Below the pieces are notes generated by a model that saw only the letters and a list, made by a program, of their open reading frames with translations, searched no databases and had not been told where the DNA came from. A stretch of DNA of 64,000 bases from contig CBDBCY010000004.1 of assembly GCA_965203555.1 (NCBI GenBank), positions 1,024,001-1,088,000 of the forward strand, read 5' to 3'. The stretch's first letter is position 1. Each line of letters starts with the position of its first letter. Below are positions 7,843-17,596 of this stretch, piece by piece. The DNA comes from Acidimicrobiia bacterium (lineage in GTDB: Bacteria; Actinomycetota; Acidimicrobiia; Spongiisociales; ZC4RG35). A program made the translations under genes and the position numbers.

Positions 7843-10806
7843 TCATTTCCGCCCGGTTCCCAGGTGCCGGGCGATGGCACGATAGCACTGGGCGGGGCTG
7901 ACCGCCTTCAGCACCGGAGGCGACCCGGTCAGGCTGTCCAGGAACGACGATGCGTAGCGGGCGAAACCCAATCGCTTGTCCAGAACTATCAACACACCTT
8001 TGTCGCGAGGCGAGCGGATCAGCCGTCCGGCGCCCTGGCGGAATCCCAGGACAGCTTCCGGCAGGAGAAAATCATCGAACGGCTTCCCGCCGCGGCGGGC
8101 AATCACCTCCTGTCGAGCAGCCACCACCGGATCCTGCGGTGAGTCGAAAGGGAGTTTCTCCATCACCAGCAGACTCAACGCTTCACCGGGCACGTCGATG
8201 CCCTGCCAGAAGGTGCCGCTCCCCAGCAGGCAGGTGGGTTGGGATGGGTTGCGGAAGACCTCGGTCAGTTCCGGAGCAGACCCCTCTCCCTGGCAGAGCA
8301 CCGCGAACTCCCCGAAGAGCCGGTGCTTCAGGTACATCGCGGCCTGTTCCATCCGCCGGTTGGCAGTGAACAGCACCAGCGCCCGCCCCCGGCTCACCTC
8401 GAACAGACGGGCCATCTCCTCCGGTGCCGACCGGGCGAACTCTTCCAGGCTGGATCCGCTGGGACTGGGAAGGTACCCGGGAATAATCACCAGCATCTGC
8501 CGGGGCAGATCGGAGAAGGGGCTGTCCAACAGTACCTTCCGACTGTCCTCGAATCCCAACCCGGCGGAGATGTAGTCAAAGGACCCGGCGACGGTTAGGG
8601 TGGCGGACGTCATCACCACCGATTCCTTATCTTCCCAGATTCCTTCCAACCGGGCATTCACCTCCAAGGGGACAACGCTGAGTCCCCAATTCCACTCTCC
8701 CTCCCGCAATTCCAGGTCGCAGACAAAAGCTGCTTCCAGCAGGTTGTCCGAATCGATGTTGGCCAATTGGAAGGCAAGTTCCGCAATCGTCTTGGCGTCG
8801 CCGCTCGCCTGGGTTATGCGACGCTTGAGCTCTTTGGCGGACCTGTCACGCGCCAGGCGGTCCGGCACCGGCAGGGCCTCGACGGCATTGCCCAGATAGG
8901 AGACGGCGTCGGCCAGTCCCTGAAGCGCCCGTGTGACCGTTTCCCAACTCGAGCGGTTGAGGTCGACCCTGGTGATTCTCGATGAAAGCGGCGCCCCTTC
9001 CCCGCTGCCCGACCAATTACGGGTGCTCTCGAAATAGTCCACCAGTATCGATCGCACCTCGTCGATGTGCGGCCTGCAGCGCCGCCAGGATCGGACTACC
9101 CGCTCGGCCGCGACCTGGCCCCGGTCCCGGGCTGATCCGGCCGGCAGGGAACGCAGATATCGGTGGAGCAGACTTCCCGAGGCTTTGGCGCTGTACACCG
9201 AATAGAGCAAACGCCCCAGCCCGCGTTCGCTGACCGTGCCGGTGAAGGCGGATCGCGCCGCTGATTCCAGTTCGTGCGCCTCGTCGATTACCAAATGCGG
9301 ACTGTGACCCGTCATCTGATCGCGAAGCAGCATCAGCGCGTGATTGGCCACCACGATCTGTGCTTCGGTAAGGCGCTTGAGTGCCCGTACAAAAAAGCAC
9401 CGCCTCTCCAGCACGCTTCGAGCCCCGCCCGGGGTCTCGGTCATCGAGAGCCGGGATCTCAGCCGGTACATCTGGGGGTTGTGTCTTCCAAGCCACCCGT
9501 AACGAAGATCGTCCCACTCTCCGGTGGGAGTCTCCGCCGCCCAGCCCAGCACCATCGCCAACGCCAAACCGAGATGATGATCGTAGGACGGCTCATCGCT
9601 CAGGTCCGAGAAGAGAGGATTGTCACGCAGTCGACCCGCCTGGAGGGGATCGACCAGGTTCAACTCCTCGGCCAGCGCGTTGACCGACAGGTAGTTGCTC
9701 AATCCCTTCAGCACTGTCCACTCGACCGGCCCCAGGCGTTCGGAGATATCCGACAGCGTCATGCAGACCTGGTCCTGAAGCGCCTTGGTATACGTGGAAA
9801 CCAGCACCTGCGTGTCCCAGGCGGCGGCCAGGCGGCAGGCGGGAACCAGGTAGGCGAGGGTCTTGCCGGTCCCGGTCGGCGCCTCCACCATCAGGCTCTC
9901 GGATTCGGCAAGAGCCGAGGCGACCTGCCGGGCCATCTCCTCCTGGGAGGGCCGGTGCTCCATCCCGTTCAGAATCAACTCCCCTCCCGGGCTGAGAGGA
10001 TCGACCAGTTCCCCCAAATCAATCGGTGGCCGTTCGCTCTCCTCAACCCGATCCCCGGACTCCCAGGCGTCCGTCAAAGAACTGCCTCCATCGTCCGACT
10101 GCGGGGGCAGCGGGATTATCTCCACCAGGTCAGGCCGGTATGCACCCGCCAGGCTGCTGACATCAGGGTGACAGAACAACGCCCATGGATGACCCGTGAC
10201 CTCCAGCACCCACCGCTGGGCGCGGCGGGCGGCATTATCTCGATTCAAGTCTTCCAGCAGGCCACTCATCACCTCCCATGCCACCCGGGCGTCGGAAAGG
10301 GCTCGGTGGGCAGTCCCTGTGGTCTCCCCCCTCCGGTAGTGATCAACCAGATCGCTCAGGCGGCGAGAACGGGGAGGATTGTTACCCTCGATGTCGACGG
10401 TGGACTCTCTCCCCGCCCGGGGGAACACGACATGGGCCAATTCAAGGGTGTCGAGTCGCTCACCCCGCGGAACCGGTAGACCCACTCGCTGCAATTCAGC
10501 ATCGAGCAAAGGAAAGTCGTAGGTGCTGCCATTGTGGGCCACCAGCGGCAGACCGCCACAGAATTCAGTAAAGACCCGCAAGGCCGAAGTCCGGGCGGGT
10601 GCTCCCTGCAGCGCCTCGTCGGTCAGGCCGGTCAGATCAACCGTCAACGGACTCAGGGACCGACCCGCAGTGGGCGCCACCAGGCTGGCGAACTCATCCA
10701 CCACCTCCCCGTTCTCCACCAGCAAAGCGCCGATCTCGATGATCTCCTGGCTCTCGGGACGGGGATGGTCGGCGTTCGCTTCCAAGTCGAAGACCACAAA
10801 CCGCAT
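7843..10806 (-). CDS. dinG: DinG family helicase with N-terminal DEDDh 3'-5' exonuclease
   Basis: VVFDLE, VAHN..YD and HRALSDA exonuclease motifs. EAPTGTGKT, DEAH, TSATL, FWQGID and QGAGRLIR helicase motifs. Confidence 0.9.
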   Translation of the reverse strand: MRFVVFDLEANADHPRPESQEIIEIGALLVENGEVVDEFASLVAPTAGRSLSPLTVDLTGLTDEALQGAPARTSALRVFTEFCGGLPLVAHNGSTYDFPLLDAELQRVGLPVPRGERLDTLELAHVVFPRAGRESTVDIEGNNPPRSRRLSDLVDHYRRGETTGTAHRALSDARVAWEVMSGLLEDLNRDNAARRAQRWVLEVTGHPWALFCHPDVSSLAGAYRPDLVEIIPLPPQSDDGGSSLTDAWESGDRVEESERPPIDLGELVDPLSPGGELILNGMEHRPSQEEMARQVASALAESESLMVEAPTGTGKTLAYLVPACRLAAAWDTQVLVSTYTKALQDQVCMTLSDISERLGPVEWTVLKGLSNYLSVNALAEELNLVDPLQAGRLRDNPLFSDLSDEPSYDHHLGLALAMVLGWAAETPTGEWDDLRYGWLGRHNPQMYRLRSRLSMTETPGGARSVLERRCFFVRALKRLTEAQIVVANHALMLLRDQMTGHSPHLVIDEAHELESAARSAFTGTVSERGLGRLLYSVYSAKASGSLLHRYLRSLPAGSARDRGQVAAERVVRSWRRCRPHIDEVRSILVDYFESTRNWSGSGEGAPLSSRITRVDLNRSSWETVTRALQGLADAVSYLGNAVEALPVPDRLARDRSAKELKRRITQASGDAKTIAELAFQLANIDSDNLLEAAFVCDLELREGEWNWGLSVVPLEVNARLEGIWEDKESVVMTSATLTVAGSFDYISAGLGFEDSRKVLLDSPFSDLPRQMLVIIPGYLPSPSGSSLEEFARSAPEEMARLFEVSRGRALVLFTANRRMEQAAMYLKHRLFGEFAVLCQGEGSAPELTEVFRNPSQPTCLLGSGTFWQGIDVPGEALSLLVMEKLPFDSPQDPVVAARQEVIARRGGKPFDDFLLPEAVLGFRQGAGRLIRSPRDKGVLIVLDKRLGFARYASSFLDSLTGSPPVLKAVSPAQCYRAIARHLGTGRK

Positions 10807-10834
10807 AAGGGCAGTCTATGGAGGGAGGGGGACA
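10807..10834 (-). promoter_or_regulatory. Leaderless promoter resembling the actinobacterial RecA-NDp/PafBC motif
   Basis: Minus strand reads TGTCCC-N10-TAGACT-N6-ATG of dinG. Confidence 0.6.
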
Positions 10835-10951
10835 TTGCGGCCTCTTAGAATCCTCGCTTGGACCTCCCGCTGTTTGCGACCCTGACAGCGGGTGGAGGTC
10901 TCGGCCCCGGTTTCATGAGGTTGCCAGGGCTGTTCCAGCCGCCCATCCCCC

Positions 10952-11335
10952 CTATGGTCTCCCAACGGAGCGCAAAGCCTGGTCAAAAGTCTTTATTTCC
11001 TTGACTCCACGCCGACGACAACTTGCCAGGTGACAAAGATCACGGGCTCCGAGGGTTGGATACCGGGTATGCAACTGCTGAGCCAGCGTCACATCCTCCA
11101 CTTCCAATGGCCACACTTCAACCCGCGATCGAAAAACCAACGAAAACGCCTTGTTCAGAGTGTCCATTCTCGCCGGCGCGGTATAGACGTGCAGCAACTC
11201 CTGGAGGACCTCGGCCGAGGTGCAAAGGGGAATATGCCCGCGGTGGGACTCCTCAAAGAACTCCCTGGCGACACTCCGCAGGGGATGGGGACGGCCGACC
11301 GCGTACATGAAAACATTGGTGTCGACAAAGATCAC
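10952..11335 (-). CDS. vapC: VapC family PIN-domain toxin
   Basis: IFVDTNVFMY, SAEVLQE, ARDLCHLA, TFD. GTGA overlap with the antitoxin stop. Confidence 0.9.
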   Translation of the reverse strand: MIFVDTNVFMYAVGRPHPLRSVAREFFEESHRGHIPLCTSAEVLQELLHVYTAPARMDTLNKAFSLVFRSRVEVWPLEVEDVTLAQQLHTRYPTLGARDLCHLASCRRRGVKEIKTFDQALRSVGRP

Positions 11336-11607
11336 GTCCTGGTTGCTCCGCGAAGGCGAGACTCGTTGATCACGGCAAGGTGTTCCTCCCAATCCGGTTC
11401 TCGGGCCGGCCCCTCCAGGGCATCGCACTCTTCAAAGAACCTCTTCAGGTCGGCGGTGCCTTCAAAAGCCCTCTCCTTCTGCCCCTGCTGTAAACGATGA
11501 TGGGCGGCCGCTCTTAACCAGGCGCTCAAGGTCATCCCCTCCTTTCGGGCTTGATAGATGAAACGCTCCCGATCCTCGTCGGGAATCAAGAGTTGGACTC
11601 TAGCCAT
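11332..11607 (-). CDS. Antitoxin (ribbon-helix-helix type)
   Basis: MARVQLLIPDE..ARKEGMTLSAWLR, coupled to the PIN toxin. Confidence 0.8.
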   Translation of the reverse strand: MARVQLLIPDEDRERFIYQARKEGMTLSAWLRAAAHHRLQQGQKERAFEGTADLKRFFEECDALEGPAREPDWEEHLAVINESRLRGATRT

Positions 11608-11629
11608 CCTTTACATCTTGGTCGTATGC

Positions 11630-11650
11630 ATGTGTATAGAGTATACACAT
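11630..11650. promoter_or_regulatory. Palindromic operator of the TA operon
   Basis: ATGTGTATA-GAG-TATACACAT, perfect 9-bp arms about 23 bp upstream of the antitoxin start. Confidence 0.7.
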
Positions 11651-11689
11651 TCCATTGGCCATAGCGTTCGGAGAATCCCGGCAGGCTGA

Positions 11690-12580
11690 TCAGATCGTGT
11701 CTACCGCGGTTCTTATCTCCCGAACGTGGCTGGGAAGCGAACCACAGCATGCGCCGACGATTCTGCACCCCGCAGCCAACGCCTGCCTGGTGTAATCGCC
11801 CATCAGGTCGGGACCCTGTGGATAGGTCAGCCTTCCGTTCTTGAATACAGGGATACCACAGTTGGACTTGACGACGACCGGCGCGGCGGGAGCGGCCTCC
11901 TTTATGGCGGCGGCCGCCACCAGAGCCTCCGGAAGGCCCGTCCCGCAGTTGGCGCCCAGCGCAGCCGGACGGCGCCCGGGGGCAAGTTCGGTCCACCAGC
12001 GACCGAAATCGGCGGGGCGCAGTCCCATCATGGTCCGGCCGTTGGTGTCGAAGCTGAGTGTCACCGCGTGGGGAGTGTCGAATCCGGCGGCCGCTTCGGT
12101 GGCGGCGGCGATCTCTTCCCAGGCCGACAAGGTCTCGATCCACAGAATGTCCGCTCCCGCTTCCACCAGAGCCGACATCTGCTCCGAGAACGCTTCCACC
12201 CCCTCGTCATGACTTAGAACGCCGAGCGGTTCGAACAGGTCTCCGGTGGGGCCCACGCTGGCAGCCACCACCACCGGTCTGCTCGCCTCCGAAGCAACCT
12301 GCCGGGCGATCCCAACCCCGGCGCCGTTGAATTCCTCCACCAGATTCTCCATGCGATGCAAGGCCAGACGTCGACGGTTGCCACCAAAGGTGTTGGTGAG
12401 AATCAGATCGGACCCCGCCTCCACGAAGTTGCGGTGTACCTGGGCGATCATCTCCGGTTGCTCGACATTGAGCCGCTCCGGAGCCTCGCCGCTCTCAAGT
12501 CCCAATTCGAACAGGGTCGTGCCCATGGCGCCGTCGGCCACCAGTGCGGCCCCTCCTGCCAAAAGGTCCTCAAACAGCAT
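11690..12580 (-). CDS. Homocysteine S-methyltransferase family protein (stand-alone MetH N-domain/Bmt-like)
   Basis: DGAMGT, TNTFG, GANC and GACCG zinc-binding motifs. Confidence 0.9.
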   Translation of the reverse strand: MLFEDLLAGGAALVADGAMGTTLFELGLESGEAPERLNVEQPEMIAQVHRNFVEAGSDLILTNTFGGNRRRLALHRMENLVEEFNGAGVGIARQVASEASRPVVVAASVGPTGDLFEPLGVLSHDEGVEAFSEQMSALVEAGADILWIETLSAWEEIAAATEAAAGFDTPHAVTLSFDTNGRTMMGLRPADFGRWWTELAPGRRPAALGANCGTGLPEALVAAAAIKEAAPAAPVVVKSNCGIPVFKNGRLTYPQGPDLMGDYTRQALAAGCRIVGACCGSLPSHVREIRTAVDTI

Positions 12581-12637
12581 GCTCCTGCCTCTTGTTCGAG
12601 GCTCCTGCGAGGCTGGACCACGACCGTGGGTGGATTG

Positions 12638-12862
12638 TCAGAAAGATGGCGAACCCATCATCCGCGCAGCTTCGGCATCCTCAGCCGGAACCTCGGTTGC
12701 GCCCCCGGAACTCTCGCCAACCGAGGAGGCGATCAGAACGATGCACAGCAGACCGAGCAACGCCTCTCCCAGAAATTCGATATCCACCACCTCTTCGGCA
12801 AGGATGAGGAATACTGCAAAAGACAGCCCTCCCACGGCGTACCGCCTTCTCTGCTTCTTCAC
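12638..12862 (-). CDS. Small hypothetical membrane protein
   Basis: Two hydrophobic stretches after a basic N-terminus. GTG start inferred. Confidence 0.4.
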   Translation of the reverse strand: MKKQRRRYAVGGLSFAVFLILAEEVVDIEFLGEALLGLLCIVLIASSVGESSGGATEVPAEDAEAARMMGSPSF

Positions 12863-12973
12863 TCCCGCCAACCTTTTCCTCCTCGCTCCTTGGAAGTTTA
12901 CCGGCAGGGTCCCGGTCATCCCCCAGGGGCAAGGCTTGACCCGGGTAAACCACGATCTACGGTGATTGCCGCC

Positions 12974-13011
12974 AAAAGAGATGAGGCCACCCGGTCGGGC
13001 GGCCTCATCTC
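12974..13011 (-). terminator. Intrinsic terminator after the betaine-binding protein gene
   Basis: GAGATGAGGCC...GGCCTCATCTC hairpin followed by TTTT on the minus strand. Confidence 0.75.
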
Positions 13012-13036
13012 ATCGCTTAGGTTTGTCCAGGAACTC

Positions 13037-14101
13037 TTAGCCCGGGATCCAACTCTGCCAGACAGACTCGTTGGCGGCCATCCATTCGGCGGCTGCCTCG
13101 TCCACCGACATGCCTTCGTCCATCAGACCCAACATGAAGATCTGGTCCTCGTTGGCATAGTTGAAGCTGGAGAGAATGGCGAAGGCGGCAGGCGCCTGGT
13201 CCTCCAACTGGTCCCACATTATCTTGAACAGGACATCGGCGGGATAGTCGCAGTCGACCGCCTCTGAGGCGTAGCACTCGTCCGAATAGGGGGGCAACTC
13301 GAACTCGGTGATGTCGTACTTGCTGAAGGCCGAGTGAGGTGTCCAGAAGTAGAACAACAACGGCTCACCGCGGCTGGATGCGGAGTCCAAAGCCGCCAGA
13401 ATGGCCTCTTCGGAGCCTGCATAGACCACTTCCAGATCCAATCCCAGGTTGTCGATAATATCCTGCTCATAGGAGACCCAACTCGGATCGCCGATCAGGA
13501 ACTGTCCCTTTTCACCGGACTCGGCGGTGGAATACAACTGGGCCACAGCCGGATCCTGGAGACCCTCCCAGTTACCCGCGGCCGGGTTGTCATCCACCAC
13601 GTAGGTGGGGACCCACCATCCGATCTTGCCTACGGCGCCCAGCTCACCGCCGTTGACGACTCCGCCGCCGCCGTCGATGTAGGAAGCCACATTGTCGGCG
13701 TGTCCGGATGGCCACACTTCCAGGCTGGCATGCAGGTCGCCGGTGGCGAGGGCGGCCCACTGGGCGTTCTCATCGATATCCACTCTTTCCACGGAGTACC
13801 CGACGCTTTCAAGCACCGCTGTGGCCACCGCGATGTTGGCCGCCGAACCGTCCCAGGGGTTGACAGCCAGCTTGATGGTGTCGAGGTCCCCCAGATCCGG
13901 CCCGGTGGGCGCGGCCGTGGTTTCGGGCGCAGCCGTGGTTTCCGGCGCGGCCGTGGTCTCGGGCGCAGCCGTGGTTTCGGGGGCGGCCGTGGTCTCGGGC
14001 GCGATTTCCTCCGCCTCATCTCCACCGCAGGCGGCGATCAACAGAGCAAAGACTGCCACAAAGAGCGTCGCCTTGAAAGTTCTGGTTCTATTCATTGACA
14101 T
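13037..14101 (-). CDS. Glycine betaine/carnitine/choline ABC transporter substrate-binding lipoprotein (ProX/OpuAC family)
   Basis: Lipobox IAAC, ETTAAP repeats, LEVW, GWWVPTY and FWTPH motifs. Confidence 0.9.
   Translation of the reverse strand: MSMNRTRTFKATLFVAVFALLIAACGGDEAEEIAPETTAAPETTAAPETTAAPETTAAPETTAAPTGPDLGDLDTIKLAVNPWDGSAANIAVATAVLESVGYSVERVDIDENAQWAALATGDLHASLEVWPSGHADNVASYIDGGGGVVNGGELGAVGKIGWWVPTYVVDDNPAAGNWEGLQDPAVAQLYSTAESGEKGQFLIGDPSWVSYEQDIIDNLGLDLEVVYAGSEEAILAALDSASSRGEPLLFYFWTPHSAFSKYDITEFELPPYSDECYASEAVDCDYPADVLFKIMWDQLEDQAPAAFAILSSFNYANEDQIFMLGLMDEGMSVDEAAAEWMAANESVWQSWIPG
13909..14001. repeat. 18-bp coding tandem repeat (ETTAAP x5)
   Basis: GCCGTGGT(T/C)TC(G/C)GG units visible directly. 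Boundaries approximate. Confidence 0.85.
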
Positions 14102-14148
14102 TCCTCTCGCCCGGGGTTTAATTTTTACATTTCGTATATTAGGCCCGT

Positions 14149-14182
14149 AGTTTCTTCATATGTAGCAGTTTCTTCATATGTA
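14149..14182. repeat. Two copies of AGTTTCTTCATATGTA (18-bp period)
   Basis: Direct repeat abutting the 26/27-bp array. Confidence 0.8.
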
Positions 14183-14285
14183 ACTGTGGGATATCAAATA
14201 CATTCTGTAACTGTGGGATATCAAATACATTCCGTACCTGTGGGATATCAATACATTCCGTACCTGTGGGATATCAATACATTCG
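14180..14285. repeat. Four tandem 26-27-bp AT-rich intergenic repeats
   Basis: GTA(A/C)CTGTGGGATATCAA(A)TACATTC starting at 14180, 14207, 14234 and 14260. Confidence 0.95.
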
Positions 14286-14313
14286 CGGTTCGTCCCAGAC
14301 GCAAGGTGTTCCT

Positions 14314-16236
14314 CTATCCGCTTTCGGCGGATGGCGGCTGGAATCGGGCCGCCCATCCCTGGGTGACGCGATCAAGAATCATGGCGAGGATCACGATGGA
14401 GGCGCCGGCCTCGAATCCCAGTCCGGTGTCGCTGCGAGCCAGACCCTTCACCGCCTCCAAACCCAAACCCGCTCCTCCCACCAGCCCGGCTATGACCACC
14501 ATGGCCAGCACCAACATCACCGTCTGGTTGATACCGGCCAGGACGGTGGGCATGGCCAGCGGCAACTGTATCTTCCACAGCTTCTGTCGCCGGGTCACCC
14601 CGAAGGACACGGAGGCTTCGACTACCTCCTTCTCCACGCTGCGAATGCCCAGGTTGGTGAGCCGCACGACCGGAGGCAGGGCGTAGAGAACCGAGGCTAT
14701 GATCCCGGGAATCCTGCCGACGTTGAAAAGGATCACCACCGGAACCAGAAAGCAAAAGCTGGGGATGGTCTGCAACGTGTCCAGGGCCGGTCGCAGCGCT
14801 TTCTCCAGCCAGTCCCGACGGGAGGCCGCCACGCCCAGCGGAAGCCCGATCACAATGGCCATCAGCACCGCCACCACCGTCTGCGACAAGGTGTCCATCG
14901 TCAAAGTCCACATACCCAGAAAACCGATGACGAGAGTCCCGAGCACCGAACCCACCACCAGTCGCCTGCCCGACGCCCACCAGGCCACGAACCCGAAGAA
15001 GAGCACAATCACCGGCCAGGCCTCCGAACTCAGGTACAGACGCAATGGACGGGTGCCGTAGGTGGTGAGAAAGTCGCTGAAGGGACCGGTGCCCAGGGGA
15101 AGATTGCCCAACTGGTAGAGGTTGTCCCGCGCCCAATCCACCATCCAATCGATCGGAGCGGCGTAACTGAACTGCATGCCGGCGGGAGCATCGTTCCATC
15201 CCGCCACCCAACCGAGCAGCGCCGCCGCTCCCAGCCCTGCTCCCACCATCCATGCGCTTCGCCTCTGCATCATCACGGAAAACCCCGCCGAACCCTGTCG
15301 ACCCCGCCCTATCAGCGAATGGGAGAACCGGTCCAACATCACCGCCATCAAAACGATGGCCATACCCGCCTCCACCGCCCTTCCCACTTCCTGGTGGCGA
15401 AGGGCCAGCAGCACTTCCTGGCCCAATCCCCCTGCGCCGATCATGGCGGCGATCACCACGATGCTGAGCGCCATCATGATGGTCTGGTTTATCCCTGCGA
15501 GGATGGAGGGCACGGCCTGCGGCAACTGGACCTTTCTGAGCAACTGTCCCGAGGTCGTACCGAACATTCTTCCGGCTTCCAGGCTCTCGGTGGGGACCTG
15601 GCGGATCCCCAGATTGGTCAGCCTGATGACGGGAGGCAGTGCGTAGATGACCGTTGCGATCAGAGAGGGAACCCGCGCCACGCCGAAGAAAAGCAAAACG
15701 GGAATGAGATACACAAAGGCGGGAAGGGTTTGCATGGAGTCGAGCAGCGGCCTCAGGGCCCGATTGACCCAATCGCTTCGGGCGGCAAGTATCCCGATGG
15801 GGATGCCGATCGCCACCGACAGCGCCACCGACACCGTCATCAGTGCAAAAGTCTGGACGCTCTGTTGCCACAGACCGAGCACCACGAAATAGAGCATGCC
15901 TGCTCCCGCCGCCAGCCCTCGGGACGTCCCCATCCTGGTGCCGAACAGGATCCCCACTCCGGCCACATGCACATACCACGGAATGCCCGACAACAGATTC
16001 TCGAAGGCGCGCAGCAGCCAGTCGATGGAGTCGGAAAGCGGATCGAAGAAGTACAGGTACAGCCCAAGATCGCGCCGATTACTTATCCACCACTGCTGTA
16101 CGTCGTTCACCGCCGGTCCGAACCCGACGTCCCACTCCGGCGGGAATTCCGTTATTGCGTCGGGAAGGAAAACTATCAGTCCTCCGAGCACCAGCACGGC
16201 CGACCCGAGCAGACCGACCGAACGCGGTATGTTCAT
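14314..16236 (-). CDS. Betaine-type ABC transporter permease with two fused ProW domains
   Basis: Two copies of LD.(M/L)QT.P.F, PPV.RLTNLGIR and GINQT..LAL. Start placed at ATG 16236. Confidence 0.9.
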   Translation of the reverse strand: MNIPRSVGLLGSAVLVLGGLIVFLPDAITEFPPEWDVGFGPAVNDVQQWWISNRRDLGLYLYFFDPLSDSIDWLLRAFENLLSGIPWYVHVAGVGILFGTRMGTSRGLAAGAGMLYFVVLGLWQQSVQTFALMTVSVALSVAIGIPIGILAARSDWVNRALRPLLDSMQTLPAFVYLIPVLLFFGVARVPSLIATVIYALPPVIRLTNLGIRQVPTESLEAGRMFGTTSGQLLRKVQLPQAVPSILAGINQTIMMALSIVVIAAMIGAGGLGQEVLLALRHQEVGRAVEAGMAIVLMAVMLDRFSHSLIGRGRQGSAGFSVMMQRRSAWMVGAGLGAAALLGWVAGWNDAPAGMQFSYAAPIDWMVDWARDNLYQLGNLPLGTGPFSDFLTTYGTRPLRLYLSSEAWPVIVLFFGFVAWWASGRRLVVGSVLGTLVIGFLGMWTLTMDTLSQTVVAVLMAIVIGLPLGVAASRRDWLEKALRPALDTLQTIPSFCFLVPVVILFNVGRIPGIIASVLYALPPVVRLTNLGIRSVEKEVVEASVSFGVTRRQKLWKIQLPLAMPTVLAGINQTVMLVLAMVVIAGLVGGAGLGLEAVKGLARSDTGLGFEAGASIVILAMILDRVTQGWAARFQPPSAESG

Positions 16237-16259
16237 CGACCACCGCCGGGTCAAAGACG

Positions 16260-17324
16260 TCACCGGGACCACAGATAGCGGGAGACCACCGCCGGCTCCA
16301 ACACTCCACACCAATGACCATCGGCATCTATGACCGGCACCGGCCTGCCTTCTGTCAACAGGCGAGGAAGAACGGTCTCCAATCGGGCGGAGGCCGCCAC
16401 TGCCTTCCCCTCCGGGCGAACAATCGGTGGAGGCAGGTCCGAAACCGGCGCCATCACCGCTCCCGCCGACAGCACCTTGTCACGGGGAACATCGAGGGTG
16501 AAATCCCTGACGTAGTCATCGACGGGGTGTGCGACTATTTCCTCCGGAGTCCCCACCTGGACGATGGCCCCGGATCTCATGATGGCAATGCGGTCTCCCA
16601 ACTTCAGGGCCTCGGAAAAGTCATGGGTTATGAACACCATGGTGCAATGCAGCCGCTCTTGAAGGCTCAGGAGCTCATCCTGCATGTCCCGACGGATCAA
16701 CGGATCAAGGGCAGAGAACGGTTCGTCAAAGAGAAGGATTTCAGGATCAACAGCCAGAGCCCTGGCGAGACCGACTCTCTGTTTCATTCCTCCGCTCAAC
16801 TGCTCAGGGTACTTGTCGGCCCACCCTTCGAGCCCCACCAATTCGATCATCTCCGTGGCGGTCCGGTAACGCTCTTCCTTGTCCGCCCCCCTCACCTCCA
16901 GCCCGAAAGCCACGTTGTCGACGACCCTTCGGTGAGGAAACAACCCGTAGTTCTGGAACACCATGCTGATGGTGTGACGACGGAGTTCACGCAGTTCGAC
17001 GTCGGACATCTCTCCCAGGTCTCTGCCGTCGATGAGAATCGTGCCGGCGGTCGCCTCTATCAGCCGGGAAAGACAGCGGATCAGGGTGGACTTTCCGCTG
17101 CCGGAAAGACCCATCACCACGAACACCTCTCCCCTGTTCACCTCGAAACCGGCGTCTTTGACAGCCACCACGCATCCGCTCTCCGCCAGGATCTCGGCCT
17201 GGTCCACGTTGTTCCTGGCCATCTCCATAGCGTCGTCCACCCGTTTGCCGAACACCTTCCAAACACCGGTTGCAGAGATGGGCGGGATGCGGGAACGGTC
17301 CGGATGCCTATTCGAATCGACCAT
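16260..17324 (-). CDS. Betaine-type ABC transporter ATP-binding protein (ProV/OpuAA)
   Basis: [35 protein letters not shown]. Confidence 0.93.
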   Translation of the reverse strand: MVDSNRHPDRSRIPPISATGVWKVFGKRVDDAMEMARNNVDQAEILAESGCVVAVKDAGFEVNRGEVFVVMGLSGSGKSTLIRCLSRLIEATAGTILIDGRDLGEMSDVELRELRRHTISMVFQNYGLFPHRRVVDNVAFGLEVRGADKEERYRTATEMIELVGLEGWADKYPEQLSGGMKQRVGLARALAVDPEILLFDEPFSALDPLIRRDMQDELLSLQERLHCTMVFITHDFSEALKLGDRIAIMRSGAIVQVGTPEEIVAHPVDDYVRDFTLDVPRDKVLSAGAVMAPVSDLPPPIVRPEGKAVAASARLETVLPRLLTEGRPVPVIDADGHWCGVLEPAVVSRYLWSR

Positions 17325-17596
17325 TCACGGTACCGCCTTGACGTGGGCTGACAGGTTGCCGATCGGGTCGGTTGGTGACCCGCCTCCTGGCAAAAGATAC
17401 TCGGTTCCCGAAGGTCTTGCGGGGTAGGCCCGCGATCGGTCGAACCCTCGTGGCCACCCCCGACTCGCCGCACCCCGACGGGACACCGGGAGAATCACCC
17501 GGTCGGACCGGGCGCCGGACTTCCCGTCCAGAGTGTGGACCCATCCGGCCTCCCGGTACCCTTTCCGGGAGCAACGACAGCTGTCAGCGGCCGGAC

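Noticed and set aside
14180-14285. Possible CRISPR array
   Set aside because: The repeats are head-to-tail with no unique spacers, and there are no cas genes in the window.
17330-17596. Structured ncRNA in the GC-rich intergenic gap before the ABC ATPase
   Set aside because: Short hairpins are possible, but there is no recognisable family motif, so it cannot be supported by eye.
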